From Heterodontus francisci (Eukaryota): 64,000 bases of DNA. The DNA lies in assembly GCF_036365525.1 (NCBI RefSeq), contig NC_090374.1, positions 80,434,971 to 80,498,970 on the forward strand, in the 5' to 3' direction. Position numbers and translations under genes: made by a program. Each line of letters opens with the position of its first letter. The first letter of the stretch is position 1. The notes below the pieces were generated by a model. The model saw nothing but the letters and a program-made list of their open reading frames with translations. It did not search any database and had not been told where the DNA came from. Below are positions 26,341 through 39,591 of this stretch, in pieces.

Positions 26341-27321
26341 TGATCAAAATATATTAGATTTCATTTTATAAAGGTTAACAACATGCAAGCACATGAGGTT
26401 AGGGCCCAGATTTTATGCTGTGCAAGCAGCATGCACCTGAAGAGAGAGGCGAGAAGCCATCCAAAGTTTGGGCCTCAGACTTTATCTAAATACTCCAAGT
26501 GAGTTGACGGTCTCTGCCCCTGTGTTCCATTTTCCATGTTTTAAATTCCAGCAAAACTATTCAATGTAGTTTCTCTTTCAGAGGGACAGACTTAAGAACA
26601 GAAGGCTGGCAGCACCATGGGCTCCCAGTACATGCCGTTTGGTCCCCTGCTGAACACAGAGGCAGCTGGCAGCACAAAGAAAAAGCCAGCAGTGCAGAAC
26701 CCACTCAGCCTCATGCTACAATCATGGTAGTGAGATAGGGGCACCAATTTTATGTGCGGCCCAGTTCCAACGGAACTGGCACGGCTGGTCGCAAATCATG
26801 ATCCATGTATCTGAAAAATGAGGCAAACCAATTGAATGTATAATATGTTGAAATATAATTCATTTTAGGATGCCTCAATTAACCTGAAGTGCTGCAAGAC
26901 AATGTTTTGTTTTCTATTTTTCTTCCTTTAAAAATATTTTTTGCAGTTTTCATCTTTTATTCTCTCTCTGATTCTGTCTTTCTTACTTAGACAATCTTAA
27001 GGGATAGGCCTTTCTGTAAGGGCAAGTGAAACCACCACTACTGGTTGTAAGGAAGCACTACAGTGATCTGGGTGAAATGGCCCAGAGCCAACTCTTAAAT
27101 TAACATTGTAGGAAGAGGAAACTTCTCAAATAGTTGAATTAGTAACTCATGCTTGAAGAAATGCAATGGAATTACATTGGGGATAAACTTCACTCTTACT
27201 GCTTGGACAGTAATCTGTCAGAGTGGGTCACCTGCCCCTTACAGAACCTTTTCAACCCATAATCAGGTAGCTTCTACAATGGACAGAACTTTTGCTTTGC
27301 CAGATTACTGCCCATGTCGTG

Positions 27322-28888
27322 AACATAAGAACATAAGAAATAGGAGCAGGAGTAGGCCATTCGGCTCCTCAAGCCTGCCCCGCCATTCAATAAGATCATG
27401 GCTGATCTGCTCCAGACCTCAACTCCTCTTTCATGCCAACTCCTCATAGCTCTCAACTCCCCGATATTTCAAAAATCTATCTACCTCCTGTTTAAATACT
27501 TTCAGTGATCTAGCCTCCACAACTCTCTGGGGTAGAGAATTCCAGACATTCACTACCCGCTGAGAGAAGAAATTCCTTCACATTTCAGTTTTAAATGAGT
27601 GTCCCCTTATTCTGTAACTATGTCCCCTAGTTCATAATTCCCCCACTAGTGGAACCATCTTCTCAACATCTACCCCCTCAGAATCTTGTACATTTCAATA
27701 AGATCACTTCTCATTCTTCTAAGCTCGAATGAATGTTTAGCCATTCCTAATCAGTCAATCCCTTCATCCCAGGAATCAGCCTAGTGAATCTCTTTTGAAC
27801 TGCCTCCAATGCCAGTATATCCTTTCTTAAATATGGGGACAAGACTGTACACAGTACTCCAGATGCAGCCTCACGAACACCCTGTACAGTTGTAACAAGA
27901 CATCCCTATTTTTAAACTCCAAGCCCCTAGCAATAAAGGGCAAAATTCCATTTGCCTTCTTAATTACTTGCTTCACCTGCCTGCTAACCTTTTGTGTTTC
28001 ATGCCCAAGAACACCCAGATCTCTCTGTGCTGCACTTTTTTGAAGTCTCTCTCCATTTAAATAATAATCTGCCTTTTGATTCTTCCTACCAAAGTGCATG
28101 ACCTCACACTTTCCTACATTAAACTCCAACTGCCAAGTTTTTGCCCACTCACTCAACCTATCAATATCCCCTTGCAGATTCCTTATGTCCTCATCACAAT
28201 ATGCCCCAACTCCCACCTATTTTTGTATCATCAGCACTCTGCCTCCTCCTCTAAGTCATTAATATAGATAGTAAATAATTGAGGCCCTAGGACTGATCCT
28301 TGTGGCACGCCACTAGTTATGTCTTTCCAACCTCAAAAAGACCCATTAATCCCGACTCTCTAGCTTCTGTGAGTTAACCAATCCTCAATCAAAGCTAATG
28401 CATTACCCCAATACCATGAGCTCCTATCTTGTGCAATAATCTGTTATGTGACACCTTATCGAATGCCTTCTGGAAATCTAAATACACTACATCTACCGGT
28501 TCCCCTTTATCAACTCTGCTTGTTATATCCTCAAAGAACTATAGAAAATTGGTTAAACATGATTTCCCTTTCACAAAACCATGTTGACTCTGTTTGATTG
28601 CGTTACGTTTTTCTAAATGTCCTGTTATTTCTTCCTTAATAATGGACTCTAGCATTTTCCCAATGACCGATGTTAGGCTGACTGGCCTATAGTTTCCTAC
28701 TTTTTGTCTCCCTCCCTTCTTGAACAGGACGTCACATTAGTGGTCTTCCAATCCGCTGAGACCCTCCCAAAATCCAGTAAGTTCTGGAATATTTCGACCA
28801 GTGCCTCCACTATCTCTGCAGCCACTTCCTTAAAAACCCTTGGATGTAGGCCATCAGGTCCTGATGACTTGTCAGCCATTAGTCCCAT
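27322..28888 (-). mobile_element. 5'-truncated CR1 LINE
   Basis: LQGDIDRLSEWA..WQ.EFN..KC, RDLGV, HLEYCVQ. Tail (TTCTTATG)n. Confidence 0.9.
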
Positions 28889-29384
28889 TGGTGAAGAGAA
28901 ATGTATTACATTTCTTCTGTTAATACAGGAAGAAAAATGAATGGGGTAATTGGAACTAATTGTGCCCTTAATGAGGTATTAAAACCTAATATCAAACTGA
29001 ACTTTCTTAAAGTCCTTGCCTTTTTTTTGGCAGATATCATGGAGCTGTCGGACAGATACTCAGGTGTATTGTTCAGCAAGCTGGAATAATTCCCCTTTCA
29101 GTTCTGCAAAACAGAAGTAAATATACACACAAGCACATACATGAATCTTTTGGCTTATATTTCCCCATTAACTTCTTCAGACATCTCCATTCATGCCAAT
29201 TTAGAAAACTCGCAAAAACAGATCGAAAGGCTCAAAGCACAGCCTCAAATAAGCTGACAAGTTAAAATCAGCACTTAATAAAAGTCCATGAGTTATCATT
29301 ATACAGAATATTGATAAGATTCCCATTGCTTGCCACAGAAGGCTGACTTTGGTTCCGAACTTTCATCACCAAATGTGCCATCTT

Positions 29385-31585
29385 ACATAGGATATACAGC
29401 AAGAAACAGGCCATTCGGCCCAACCAGACCGTGCCCACATTAATGCTCCACTCAAGCCTCCTCCTGGTATTCCTGAGCTAAATCTATAAGTGTCATCCTC
29501 TATTTCCTTCTCCCTCATATGCTTGTCTAGCCTCCCCTTAAATGTACCTACCATTCGCTTCAACCACTTTCTATGGTAGCGAGTTCCACATTCTCAACAC
29601 TCTTTGAGTAAAGAAGTTTCTTCTGAATTTCCTATTGGATTTCTTGGTGACTGTTTTATATAGATTACCTCTAGTTTTGCTCTTCCCCACAAGTGGAAAC
29701 ATTCTCTCTATTTCCACTCTATCAGAACCTTTGAAAGACCTCTATTTGTATACCCATGTATTTCTGGTATCATTCTTATACATCATCTCTGTACCCACTC
29801 CAGTGCCTCTATATCCTTTTTATAATATGGCAACTGGAACGGCACACAATACCCTAAGTGTGGTCTAGCCAAGGTTTGATGCAGGTTTCGCATAACTGCT
29901 CTATTTTTCAATTCTATTCCTCCGGAAATAAACCCTTGTGCTTGGTTTCCTTTTTTGTGGCCTTGCTAGCCTGTGGCCCAACTTTTAGTAATTGCTGTAT
30001 TTGTATTCCGAGATCCCTTTCTCCTTTACCTCACCTAGACTTGCACCTTCCAAGTAATAATATTACTTGGGGGATTCAATTACTAGGGGACACGAGTTCA
30101 AAGTGAAAGGGGAAATGTTTAGGGGGGATATGCGTGGAAAGTTCTTTACGCAGAGGGTGGTGGGTGCCTGGAACGCGTTGCCAGCGGAGGTGGTAGACGC
30201 GGGCACGATAGCGTCTTTTAAGATGTATCTAGACAGATACATGAATGGGCAGGAAGTAAAGAGATACAGACCCTTAGAAAATAGGCGACAGGTTTAGATA
30301 GAGGATCTGGATCGGCGTAGGCTTGGAGGGCCGAAGGGCCTGTTCCTGTGCTGTAATTTTCTTTGTTCTTTGTTCCTACCAAAATGTACTACCTCACATT
30401 TTGCTGTGTTGAACTTCATTTGCCAATTGTTTACCCATTCTGCAAGTCTATTAATTTTCTCATGTAATTTGTTGCAGTCCTCCTCAGTAATGACTATTCC
30501 CCCAATTTGGCGTCATCCACAAATTTAGAAATTGTGTTATTGATTCCAAACTCCAAATCATTAATGCAAATTGTGAACAGCAGTGGTCCCAACAATGATC
30601 CTTGTGGAATACCACTACCCACCCTCCACATTTGTGAATAGCTATCCTTTAGTCCCACTCTCTGTTTTCTGTCTTGAAGCCAGCTAGCAATCCATTCTGC
30701 CACTTGTTCCCTTACTCAGCGTTTTCTGACTATTATTCGTTAGTCTTTTGTGAGGCACCTTATTGAAGCCCTTTTGAAAATCTTGATAAATTACATCTAC
30801 TGCATTACCATTGTCTACTCTCTCTCTGACACCTCCTCAAAAAGCAACATTTTCCCTTTTGAAATCCATGTTCACTATTCATTATTATATTTTTTGTATC
30901 TAGATGTTCTTTTATTCTGTTTGTTAGTAGGGATTCCATTACTTTTCCTATCTCTGATGTTAAGCTCATTGGTTTCCCTGGACATATTCTACCCCTTTCT
31001 TAAATATAGGTATTACATTAGCTATCCACCAGTGCTCTGGCATGACGCATTTTTCTAACAAATTATTAAATATGTGGAGAAATGAGTCATAGAGTTATCT
31101 ATGGCACAGATGGGGGATAATTGGTCCATCTGGTCTATATGGCTCTCCCTCGAGCAATCCAGTCAGTACCATCACCCCGCTTTATCCCCTCAGCTATCTC
31201 TTCCCTGGATTCTTTTAAAATGTGTGGATGCAATCGTTCAGAGCCAAGGGTTTTATCCTGTTTGAGTCTGATTAGTTTACATCCCTTTTTATTTTAAATG
31301 CACTTATCTCAGTACTCATCTTATCTTTCAATGTCATGTCTACCTGTTCTTTCTCCCTGGTAAACACCGAAGTGAAATAATTATTTAATATTTCCATCAT
31401 CTCTCGATTGTTACCTCTGCTATTATCCTTTCTATCCCTTAGTGACCTTATTCCCATTCCAGCCTGCCTTTTTTTTATTGATGTGCCTGGAAAATATTTT
31501 ACTGTTTTGTTTTATGTCCCTTGATAATTTCATTTCATAGTTCCTCTTTGCCTTCCTGATTTTTTTTTCTGGCTCTCCTAATCTT
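29385..31585 (-). mobile_element. Decayed CR1 LINE, interrupted at 30066-30373
   Basis: [19 protein letters not shown] (ORF 30494-30703) and LNNYFTSVF (ORF 31272-31457), with a CR1 tail at ~29390. Confidence 0.82.
30066..30373 (+). mobile_element. Young CR1 3'-end insertion
   Basis: Nearly identical to the reverse of 53441-53755; same peptide GDSITRGHEFKV...PLENRRQV. Tail (TTCTTTG)n. Confidence 0.92.
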
Positions 31586-31588
31586 TTC

Positions 31589-32900
31589 TGTCAAGAAAAC
31601 ATGATATGCCAAATGAGAAATATTGATTCATCAGTTGGAAACTTACTTTCAACCTTTAATGGAAAAAGTCCTACAGTTAACTTAAAAAAAACTGACAACC
31701 AAGATGGCCGCCAAAATTTGCATCTGAAATACCAGAACATCGAATTGGAGACATGAGTCTAACAAGAAGCCCAGCCAGGCACAATGCTTTGGCTAACTGA
31801 ATAGATTATCCAGATCACCCTCATGCGTATCCCCATCCAGGGGGTCTTCTTCTTTGGCCTCCTTATCTCGAGAGACAATGGGTAAGCGCCTGGAGGTGGT
31901 CAGTGGTTTGTGGAGCAGCGCCTGGAGTGGCTATAAAGGCCAATTCTAGAGTGACAGGCTCTTCCACAGGCACTGCAGAAAAGTTTGTTTGTCGGGGCTG
32001 TTACACAGTTGGCTCTCCCCTTGCGACTCTCTTTTTTCCTGCCAACTACTAAGTTTCTTCGACTCGCCACACTTTAGCCCCGCCTTTATGGCTGTCCGCC
32101 AGCTCTGGCGATCGCTGGCAACTGACTCCCACGACTTGTGATCAATGTCACAGGATTTCATGTCGCGTTTGCAGACGTCTTTAAAGCGGAGACATGGACG
32201 GCCGATGGGTCTGATACCAGTGGCGAGCTCGCTGTACAATGTGTCTTTGGGGCTCCTGCCATCTTCCATGCGGCTCACATGGCCAAGCCATCTCAAGCGC
32301 CGCTGACTCAGTAGTGTGTATAAGCTGGGGATGTTGGCCGCCTCGAGGACTTCTGTGTTGGAGATACGGTCCTGCCACCTGATGCCAGGTATTCTCAATC
32401 AAGTATTGATGCCAAGTGAATGCTGACAATACCACATGAGAGAGGTTTTGGCCTTTTAGACTTTGGACCTCATTAAAAACAAAGGGGATTGAGAGAACCA
32501 TCTGACTGTCTCCCCAGGTTGTGTAAAACTGGGAGTTTTGTTACACTAAAGGAGACAAACTATAACTGAGTGGGCAGCAGCAGAGAAAGCTGTGCGCCTC
32601 CCTTTCTCTCCCTCCAGAAACATCAAGTTTGAAATCTGTCTGTGAATGTAGACTCTCCAAGCCTATAGATTGCTACCACCAGTGACCAAGGGAAGGGAGC
32701 CACCTACAAGTCTGCCTCCAAGAAAGCCCTGAACCAAGCAGGCCAGCTACAAAGCACACTCTGACCAGCCAAAGACTTCAAGAATACCACTTCAGACAGA
32801 AGATCAATGAATCATCCAAGCTCACAGACTGTGTATTTAAGTTTCATTTATTCTGGACTTTAATCCAACCTAGCAGAATATATTTTTCCCTGCACTCTGT
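31589..32900 (+). mobile_element. LTR fragment split by an RTE insertion
   Basis: Starts TGTCA. Distal part resembles 19950-20160. Confidence 0.55.
31845..32390 (-). mobile_element. 5'-truncated RTE LINE 3' end
   Basis: ORF 31946-32398 has IRWQDRISNTEVL..RRLRWLGHV.RMEDGR. (GAA)n tail. Approximate TSD GGT(C/A)TTCT. Confidence 0.88.
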
Positions 32901-33616
32901 TGAACACCATTTTAAATGTTTCCCATTGTTGTTCTACATTGTTGTTTGCCGATATTGCAATCCATTTTATTTTCCCAAGTTCTATTCTCAGCCCCTCAAA
33001 ATCAGCTTTTCTCTAATCTATTAACTTGGTTTTCATCATACTTATGTCCTTCTCTAGTGTTATCTTAAAGTGTATTATATTATGGTGACTGTTGCCGAGA
33101 TGTTCCCTGACGTTTACTTCTCTTATCTGCTCTCGTTCATTCCCCATCACTAGATCCGATAGCAAATCTTCTTGTTGGGCTTCTTACATATTGGGTCAAA
33201 AGGAGTTCTGTATACATTGTAGGAACTCCATTCCCTTATGCACTTCACCGACCTCTTCAGTTTAATGCATATTGGAATAGTTGAAATCCCCCTTGATTAT
33301 TATTCTATGTTTCCTACCCAATTTTCTAGCTTTTCTGCATATTTCTTCTTCCCTTCCAATAGTAGGTGGTCTGTAGACTACACCTATTAGTGTGATTGAT
33401 CCTTTATTATCTTTTCCCTCTAGCCATATACATTCTATTTTTGTCTTGCTGATAGCTGCAGCCTTTTTTCCACTGCCATTAGGCTAGCCCGAATAAGTAC
33501 AGCTACTCCACCTCCCCCTTCTCGCTCTCCTTATTTTCTAAATATATGTCCTGCAATGTTTAATTCCCAGTTCTGATTTTTCTGTAGCCATGTCTCAGTA
33601 ATACCAACTATGTCTG
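32900..33616 (-). mobile_element. Old CR1 endonuclease fragment, continuing after 38000
   Basis: Reverse strand reads IVEEPD (38001-38020) joined to IVGITETWL (33585-33612), with VVYRPP and GDFN downstream. Confidence 0.72.
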
Positions 33617-33818
33617 TGTTACGGACAGAATTGAGAGAACTGGAACCCCAGTTCTTTCCCCCTTTACTGTCCATAATAAATGAGTATTTTTGATAGGGAA
33701 AATGTGTGTTTCTTACCCTTGACTGTAAGGCGAACTTGAATAACCAGCAGCATGCTTTTGTGCGTTTAGATAAATGGGATTATTTTTATTCACATGTTCA
33801 AACCAAAAGTTGAACACG

Positions 33819-36468
33819 GGGTTGGATTTTATGTCGCTGCTGCCGAGCAGATGGCGGCCCGCACGCACAGGTTTTTCTCCGCAGAACCGCCGCGATCTTA
33901 TACATGGCGGCTCATTAACATGATCGGGGCGGACAAACCCCACCCCCCACCACCCCCGATGATGTGGAGGGGACGGGTGCACCGTCCCTGGCAATGCCGT
34001 TCAGCGCCACTAAGCAGGCACCAGCGCCATTTTAAAAGAGCTTCAAGCCCTTAGAAGAAATTTTAATTTTTAAAGTGTTATGACCGACCGCTTCAGTCAA
34101 AGCTACCAATCAAAATGTACGATTCTGATTGTGGTGGGAGAAATGTACTGATAATTCAATCCCATTCACAGATCGCGTAACATATCATTTAAAACTTTCC
34201 AAATTAAAGAAAGACCCAGTCAAATTGTACCATCTTTTAACCCCCCCGAATGAGGCTAACCAAACCAGGTGTCTTTAAATCAACAAATTAACTCTTTAAT
34301 TAGAAAAACTAAATTCTTAAACACGATGAAGATATAAACAACATTTAAAATAGAAAAAATTAGAGTCCTTGCAAATTTACAGTCCAATGTTGTTTGAAGT
34401 CCTCACAGAATGTTGCTTGAAGTCCTCACCGCTACGAAGTCAATAAAAAGGAATGAAACCGGACGGACCACCCGGCATAGACCTAGGCAATGGAAACGAC
34501 AATAGCTAACCCAGCCCTGTCGACCCTGCAAAGTCCTCCTTACTAACATCTGGGGGCTTGTGCCAAAGTTGGGAGAGCTGTCCCACAGATTAGTCAAGTA
34601 ACAGCCTGACATAGTCATACTCACGGAATCATACCTTACAGACAATGCCCCAGACACTGCCATCACCATCCCCGGGTATGTCCTGTCCCACCGGCAGGAC
34701 AGACTCACCAGAAGTGATGGCACAGTGGTATATAGTAGGGAGGGAGTTGCCCTGGGAGTCCTCAACATCGACTCCGGACCCCATGAAGTCTCATGGCATC
34801 AGGTCAAACATGGGCAAGGTAACCTCCTATTGATTACCACCTACCGCCCTCCCTCAGCTGATGAGTCAGTACTCCTCCATGTTGAACACCACTTGGAGGA
34901 AGCACTGAGGGTAGCAAGGGCACAAAATGTACTCTGGGTGGGGGACTTCAATGTCCATCACCAAGAGTGGCTCGGTAGCACCACTGCTGACCGAGCTGGC
35001 CGAGTCCTAAAGGACATAGCTGCTAGACTGGGTCTGCGGCAGGTGGTGGGGGAACCAATACGAGGGAAAAACATACTAAATGGGATAGATTTCAAACAGA
35101 TCTAGCAATGCAAAACTGGGCATCCATGAGACGCTGTGGGCCATCAGCAGCAGCAGAAATGTACTCAACCACAATCTGTAACCTCATGGCCCGGCATATC
35201 CCCCACTCTACCATTGCCATCAAGTCAGGAGACCAACCCTGGTTCAATGAAGAGTGCAGGAGGGCATGCCAGGAGCAGCACCAGGTATACCTCAAAATGA
35301 GGTGTCAACCTGGTGAAGCTACAACCCAGGACTACTTGCATGCCAAACTGCGTAAGCAGCATGCAATAGTCAGAGCTAAGCGATCCCATAACCAACGAAT
35401 CAGATCTAAGCTCTGCAGTCCTGCCACATCCAGCCATAAATGGTGGTGGACAATTAAACAACTAACTGGAGGAGATGGCTACACAAATATCCCCATCCTC
35501 AATGATGGGGGAGCCCAGCACATCAGTGCGAAAGATAGTGCTGAAGCATTTGCAACAATCTTCAGCCAGAAGTGCAAAATTGATGATCCATCTCGGCCTC
35601 CTCCTAAAGTCCCCAGCATCACAGATGCCAGACTTCAGCCAATTCGATTCACTCCGCATGATATCAAGAAATGACTGAAGGCACTGGATACTGCAAATGC
35701 TATGGGCCCTGACAATATTCTGGCAATAGTACTGAAGACCTGTGCTCCAGAACTTGCCGCGCCCCTCGCCAAGCTGTTCCAGTACAGCTACAACACTGGC
35801 ATCTACCCAGCAATGTGGAAAATTGCCCAGGTATGTCCTGTACACAAAAAGCAGGACAAGTCCAACCCGGCCAATTACCGCTCCATCAGCTCACTCTCAA
35901 TCATCAGTAAAGTGATGGAAGGTGTCATCAGCAGTGCCATCAAGCGGTACTTGCTGAGCAATAACCTGCTCAGTGACGCACAGTTTGGGTTCCGCCAGGG
36001 CCACTCAGCTCCTGACCTCATTACAGCCTTGATTCAAACATGGACAAAAGAGCTGAACTCAAGAGGTGAGGTGAGAGTGACTGCCCTGGATATCAAGGCA
36101 GCATTTGACCGAGTATGGCATCAAGGAGCCCTAGCAAAACTGAGGTCAATGGGAATCAGGGGGAAAACCCTCCACTGGCTGGGGTCATACCTAGCGCAAA
36201 GGAAGATCATGGTGGCACTTCAGGAGGTGATGGAAACATCATAAATGCAGGTGAGATAATTTATTTGAATATTCAAATGCAGGTCCCGTCGCCAAGCGGC
36301 GGTGGGGGGGCGGGGGGCGGAGGCCGCCATGAGGCCTCGCTGCCGCCGGCAAGATCAGGACGGGCCCTGCTGGCATCGTGGTCAGTGGCAGGCCTCACCC
36401 GGGGAAATCTTCATGCTCCCCCCACCTGCCATGGATTTTGATGTTGAGGTCCCTATAAAATCCAGCCC
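33819..36468. mobile_element. Harbinger-type MITE expanded by an LTR fragment (34076-~34430) and a LINE
   Basis: TIRs GGGTTGGATTTTAT and ATAAAATCCAGCCC. TSD ACG/ACA (CpG decay). Confidence 0.78.
34435..36208 (+). mobile_element. APE-RT LINE (second family), endonuclease plus RT N-half, internally deleted
   Basis: YRPPS..GDFNVH (34725-35105), PWFN..C (35108-35674), GPD..LK..NYR.IS..QFGFR..ALDIKAAFD (35702-36244). Confidence 0.9.
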
Positions 36469-37204
36469 ACAATGTTACTCATTCACCACTCACACACGCA
36501 CACACACGCACTTGAGAAAGAAAGACATTAAAAAAAAGATAGTGCACTTTAACAAATTATAAACAAAAGAATAGTTCATAAGGCACATAATTTGTCTCAT
36601 CTTGGGAAAAAGGCATGCATTGCGGGCCCGGTAAGGAAGCTGTTTTCACTCCTGAAATGCAGTTAGGTGGATTTGATAGCCGGAGCCGTATATCAAAGTC
36701 ATTGCAGGAATCTCTCAAACAGGTTGATTTTCAGCAGGTCATGAAGTTAGTTTCTTGTATACTTATTACTAGGAGAATTGGTTTTCTGTACAGGTTTGGA
36801 GGCTTTAAGATGTCACAGCCTTCAGTTCTTTTAAGACATGAGGTAAAGCCTGGTCTGCTCACTGCTTTTACCTGCAGTCTGTATTTTTAAAGATTTTTAA
36901 AATGGAGCCCAACATGGCTGCCCTACCATGTGACTTCTCACAGTTCCTTTTCCAAATATGGTGGGGGTCTAAGTTGATTAGCCTCATCTTGTTTTTTGTT
37001 CTAAGACATTCATCCTGAGGAGGGTTAAGACAATCACTTTCTTTGTTTCAGGAGAAAACTATTCAATTTCGGAATGTTTTCAGGATGAGTATTCATGACA
37101 CTTCTTAGTCTGGAAGGTACTCTTGTCTTTCAGACAGTGAGTCAGTTCTGAAATGCACAAGTTGAAAGTCAGCTGACCATCTTTGCAGTCCATGTTCATT
37201 TTTA

Positions 37205-37883
37205 GGGCTGGACTTTGTGCTGGAAATAGGGCAGCACCCGCCTCCACCCCCCCCACTCCCAGCACCACCCAGCACCGCCACCCAACCCCTGGGGGAAGCC
37301 CCACCTCTGCTTTTTGTGTTCCTCTGGAGCGATCCTCTGGTCTTTTTGAATCAAAGTTTCAGGAGGCGGAATCCCCATCCCGCATCCAAGAACTGCCAGC
37401 CAATCAGAGGGCCGACAGCTCAATAGCATCGGCAATGCCACTGGGAGTGGTGGCCACCGCTGGTACTGCAGATGCCTCAGACCCAGGCCCAGCGTTGGAA
37501 TCCCAGAACAGGGGTAAGTGAGGAGGGGTCGCTGGGGCCAGTCCGGAAGGCCCCTGTGCGGGGGGTGGGGGTGGTCATGAAGTGCAGGGAGAGGGGTCCC
37601 ATGGGCCACAAATTGCCCAGTAAGGAGGGACACCCCCACCCAAGCTCACAGAGAAGTAACATCCCGACGGTGGTGAGAAGAAGCCCTTAATTGGCCATTA
37701 ATAGGCCCTCAATTTGCCTCTGGGCGGGAAGGAAGCCGTCGGCCTATCCTACGCCCAGGAAGATTGCTGGGTGTCGGGGCCTCCACCCTGCCGCCACCCC
37801 CCTCCCACCCCCCACTTCCCATCATGATAATCCATGCCCCCTGCCTCCAACCCCACCGCAGGGGGCCTCACAAAATCCTGGCC
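37205..37883. mobile_element. Harbinger-type MITE
   Basis: TIRs GGGCTGGACTTTGTG and CACAAAATCCTGGCC. Canonical TTA TSD. Confidence 0.82.
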
Positions 37884-38790
37884 TTAATGTCTATTGTTGT
37901 TCATTTAAAAGAATAGGATAATTCAGCTCCAAAAGCTGATATGCTGAATATAGTCCATGTTTAAAATTATGAATAGGACAAGCCTGTACTGGGCATGACA
38001 GTCTGGTTCTTCCACAATATGATAGAATTCTACATTAAGTTTGAAAGTGATATAGTTCATTCTGAAACTACAGCCTTAAATCTGAACAAATGATACTGTG
38101 AAGGTATGAGGCGCAAGTTAGCTATGGTGGATTGGGAAAATACATTAAAAGGTTTGACAGTAGACAGGCAATAGCTACTATTTAAAGAAGTATTATATGG
38201 TTTACGACAAATATACATTCCTCTAAGAAACAAAAACCCAACAGGAAAGGTGAATTAACCATGGCTAACAAAAAAAAGTTAAGGATTGAATTAAGTCAAA
38301 GGAAGTGGCTTATAAGATCGGCAGAAAAAGTGGTAAGCCCGAGGAATGGGAGCAAGTTAGAGCCCAACAAAAGAGGACCAAGAAACTGATAAAGAAAAGG
38401 AAAAGAGATTATGACTGTAAGCTAGCTAGAAACACAAAGGCGGACTGTAAAAGCTTCTTTAGGTATGTGAAAAGGAAATAATTAGCAAGGACGAATGTGG
38501 GTCCATTGCAGGCTGAGACAGGAGAGTTTGTGGTGGAGAATGAGGAAAAAGCAGACAGACTAAACAATTACTCTGTGTCCGTCTTCACAAAGGAAGACAC
38601 AGAAAATCTCCCAGAAATACTAGGGAGCCAAGGGACTTGTAAAAATGATGAACTGAAAGTAATTAGTATCAATAAAGAGGTCGTACTCAAAAAAGTAATT
38701 GAATTGTAAGTTGATAAATCCCCTGGACCAGATGAGCTCTATCCCAGAGTACTGAAGGAGGTGGCTATAGAGGGAGTGGATGCATTGGTT

Positions 38791-39131
38791 TAGTTTAGTT
38801 CAGAGATACAGCACTGAAACAGGCCCTTCGGCCCACCGAGTCTGTGCCGACCATCAACCACCCATTTATACTAATCCTACACTAATTCCATATTCCTACC
38901 ACATGCCCACCCTGTCCCTCTATTTTCCTACCACCTACCTATACTAGGAGCAATTTATAATGGCCAATTAACCTATCAACCTGCAAGTCTTTGGCATTTG
39001 GGAGGAAACCAAAGCACCCAGAGAAAACCCACACAGACACAGGGAGAACATGCAAACTCCACACAGGCAGTACCCAGAATTGAACCCAGGTCACTGGAGC
39101 TGTGAGGCTGCGGTGCTAACCACTGCGCCAC
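38791..39131 (-). mobile_element. HE1-type elasmobranch SINE
   Basis: Reverse copy of 49861-50212: tRNA-like A/B boxes, CR1-like tail, (CTAAA)n. Confidence 0.9.
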
Positions 39132-39591
39132 TTGTTATCTTTCAAAATTCTATAGATTCTGGAAGGGTTCCTGCAGATTGGAAAGTAGAAAATGTAACCC
39201 CACTATTTAAGAAGGGAGCGAGAGAGAAAATGAAGAACCACAGACCTGTTAGTTTGACATTAGTAGTAGGGAGAATGCAAAATCTATGAAAAAGGATGAG
39301 ATAACTGGACACTTGGAAAATAATGATATGATTGGGTAGAGTCAACATGGATTTGTGAAAGGAAAATCATGTCTGACAAACCTGTTGGAGTTTTTTGAGG
39401 ATGTTACTTGTAGCATAGATAAAGGAGAACCAGTGGATGTGTTGTATTTGGCTTTTCAGAAGGCTTTTGATAAGGTCCCACACAGGAGGTTAGTCAACAA
39501 ATGTAAGATTAGATAAGATAGGGGTGTTTTATACCCCCTTCTAAAGTGGGAACACACATGGCAGCACAACAGGTTGTTGTGAATCCACATT

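Larger units (their letters stand above)
33617..38000 (-). mobile_element. Solo LTR hosting two MITEs and further nested insertions
   Basis: TGTTAC...ATGACA ends with 5-bp TSD GTCTG at 33612-33616 and 38001-38005. Confidence 0.78.

Noticed and set aside
26580-26730. Plus-strand exon or short ORF (MGSQYMPFGPLL...)
   Set aside because: Good acceptor but no convincing donor, and it follows a decayed TIR-like end at ~26402, so it is likely repeat-derived.
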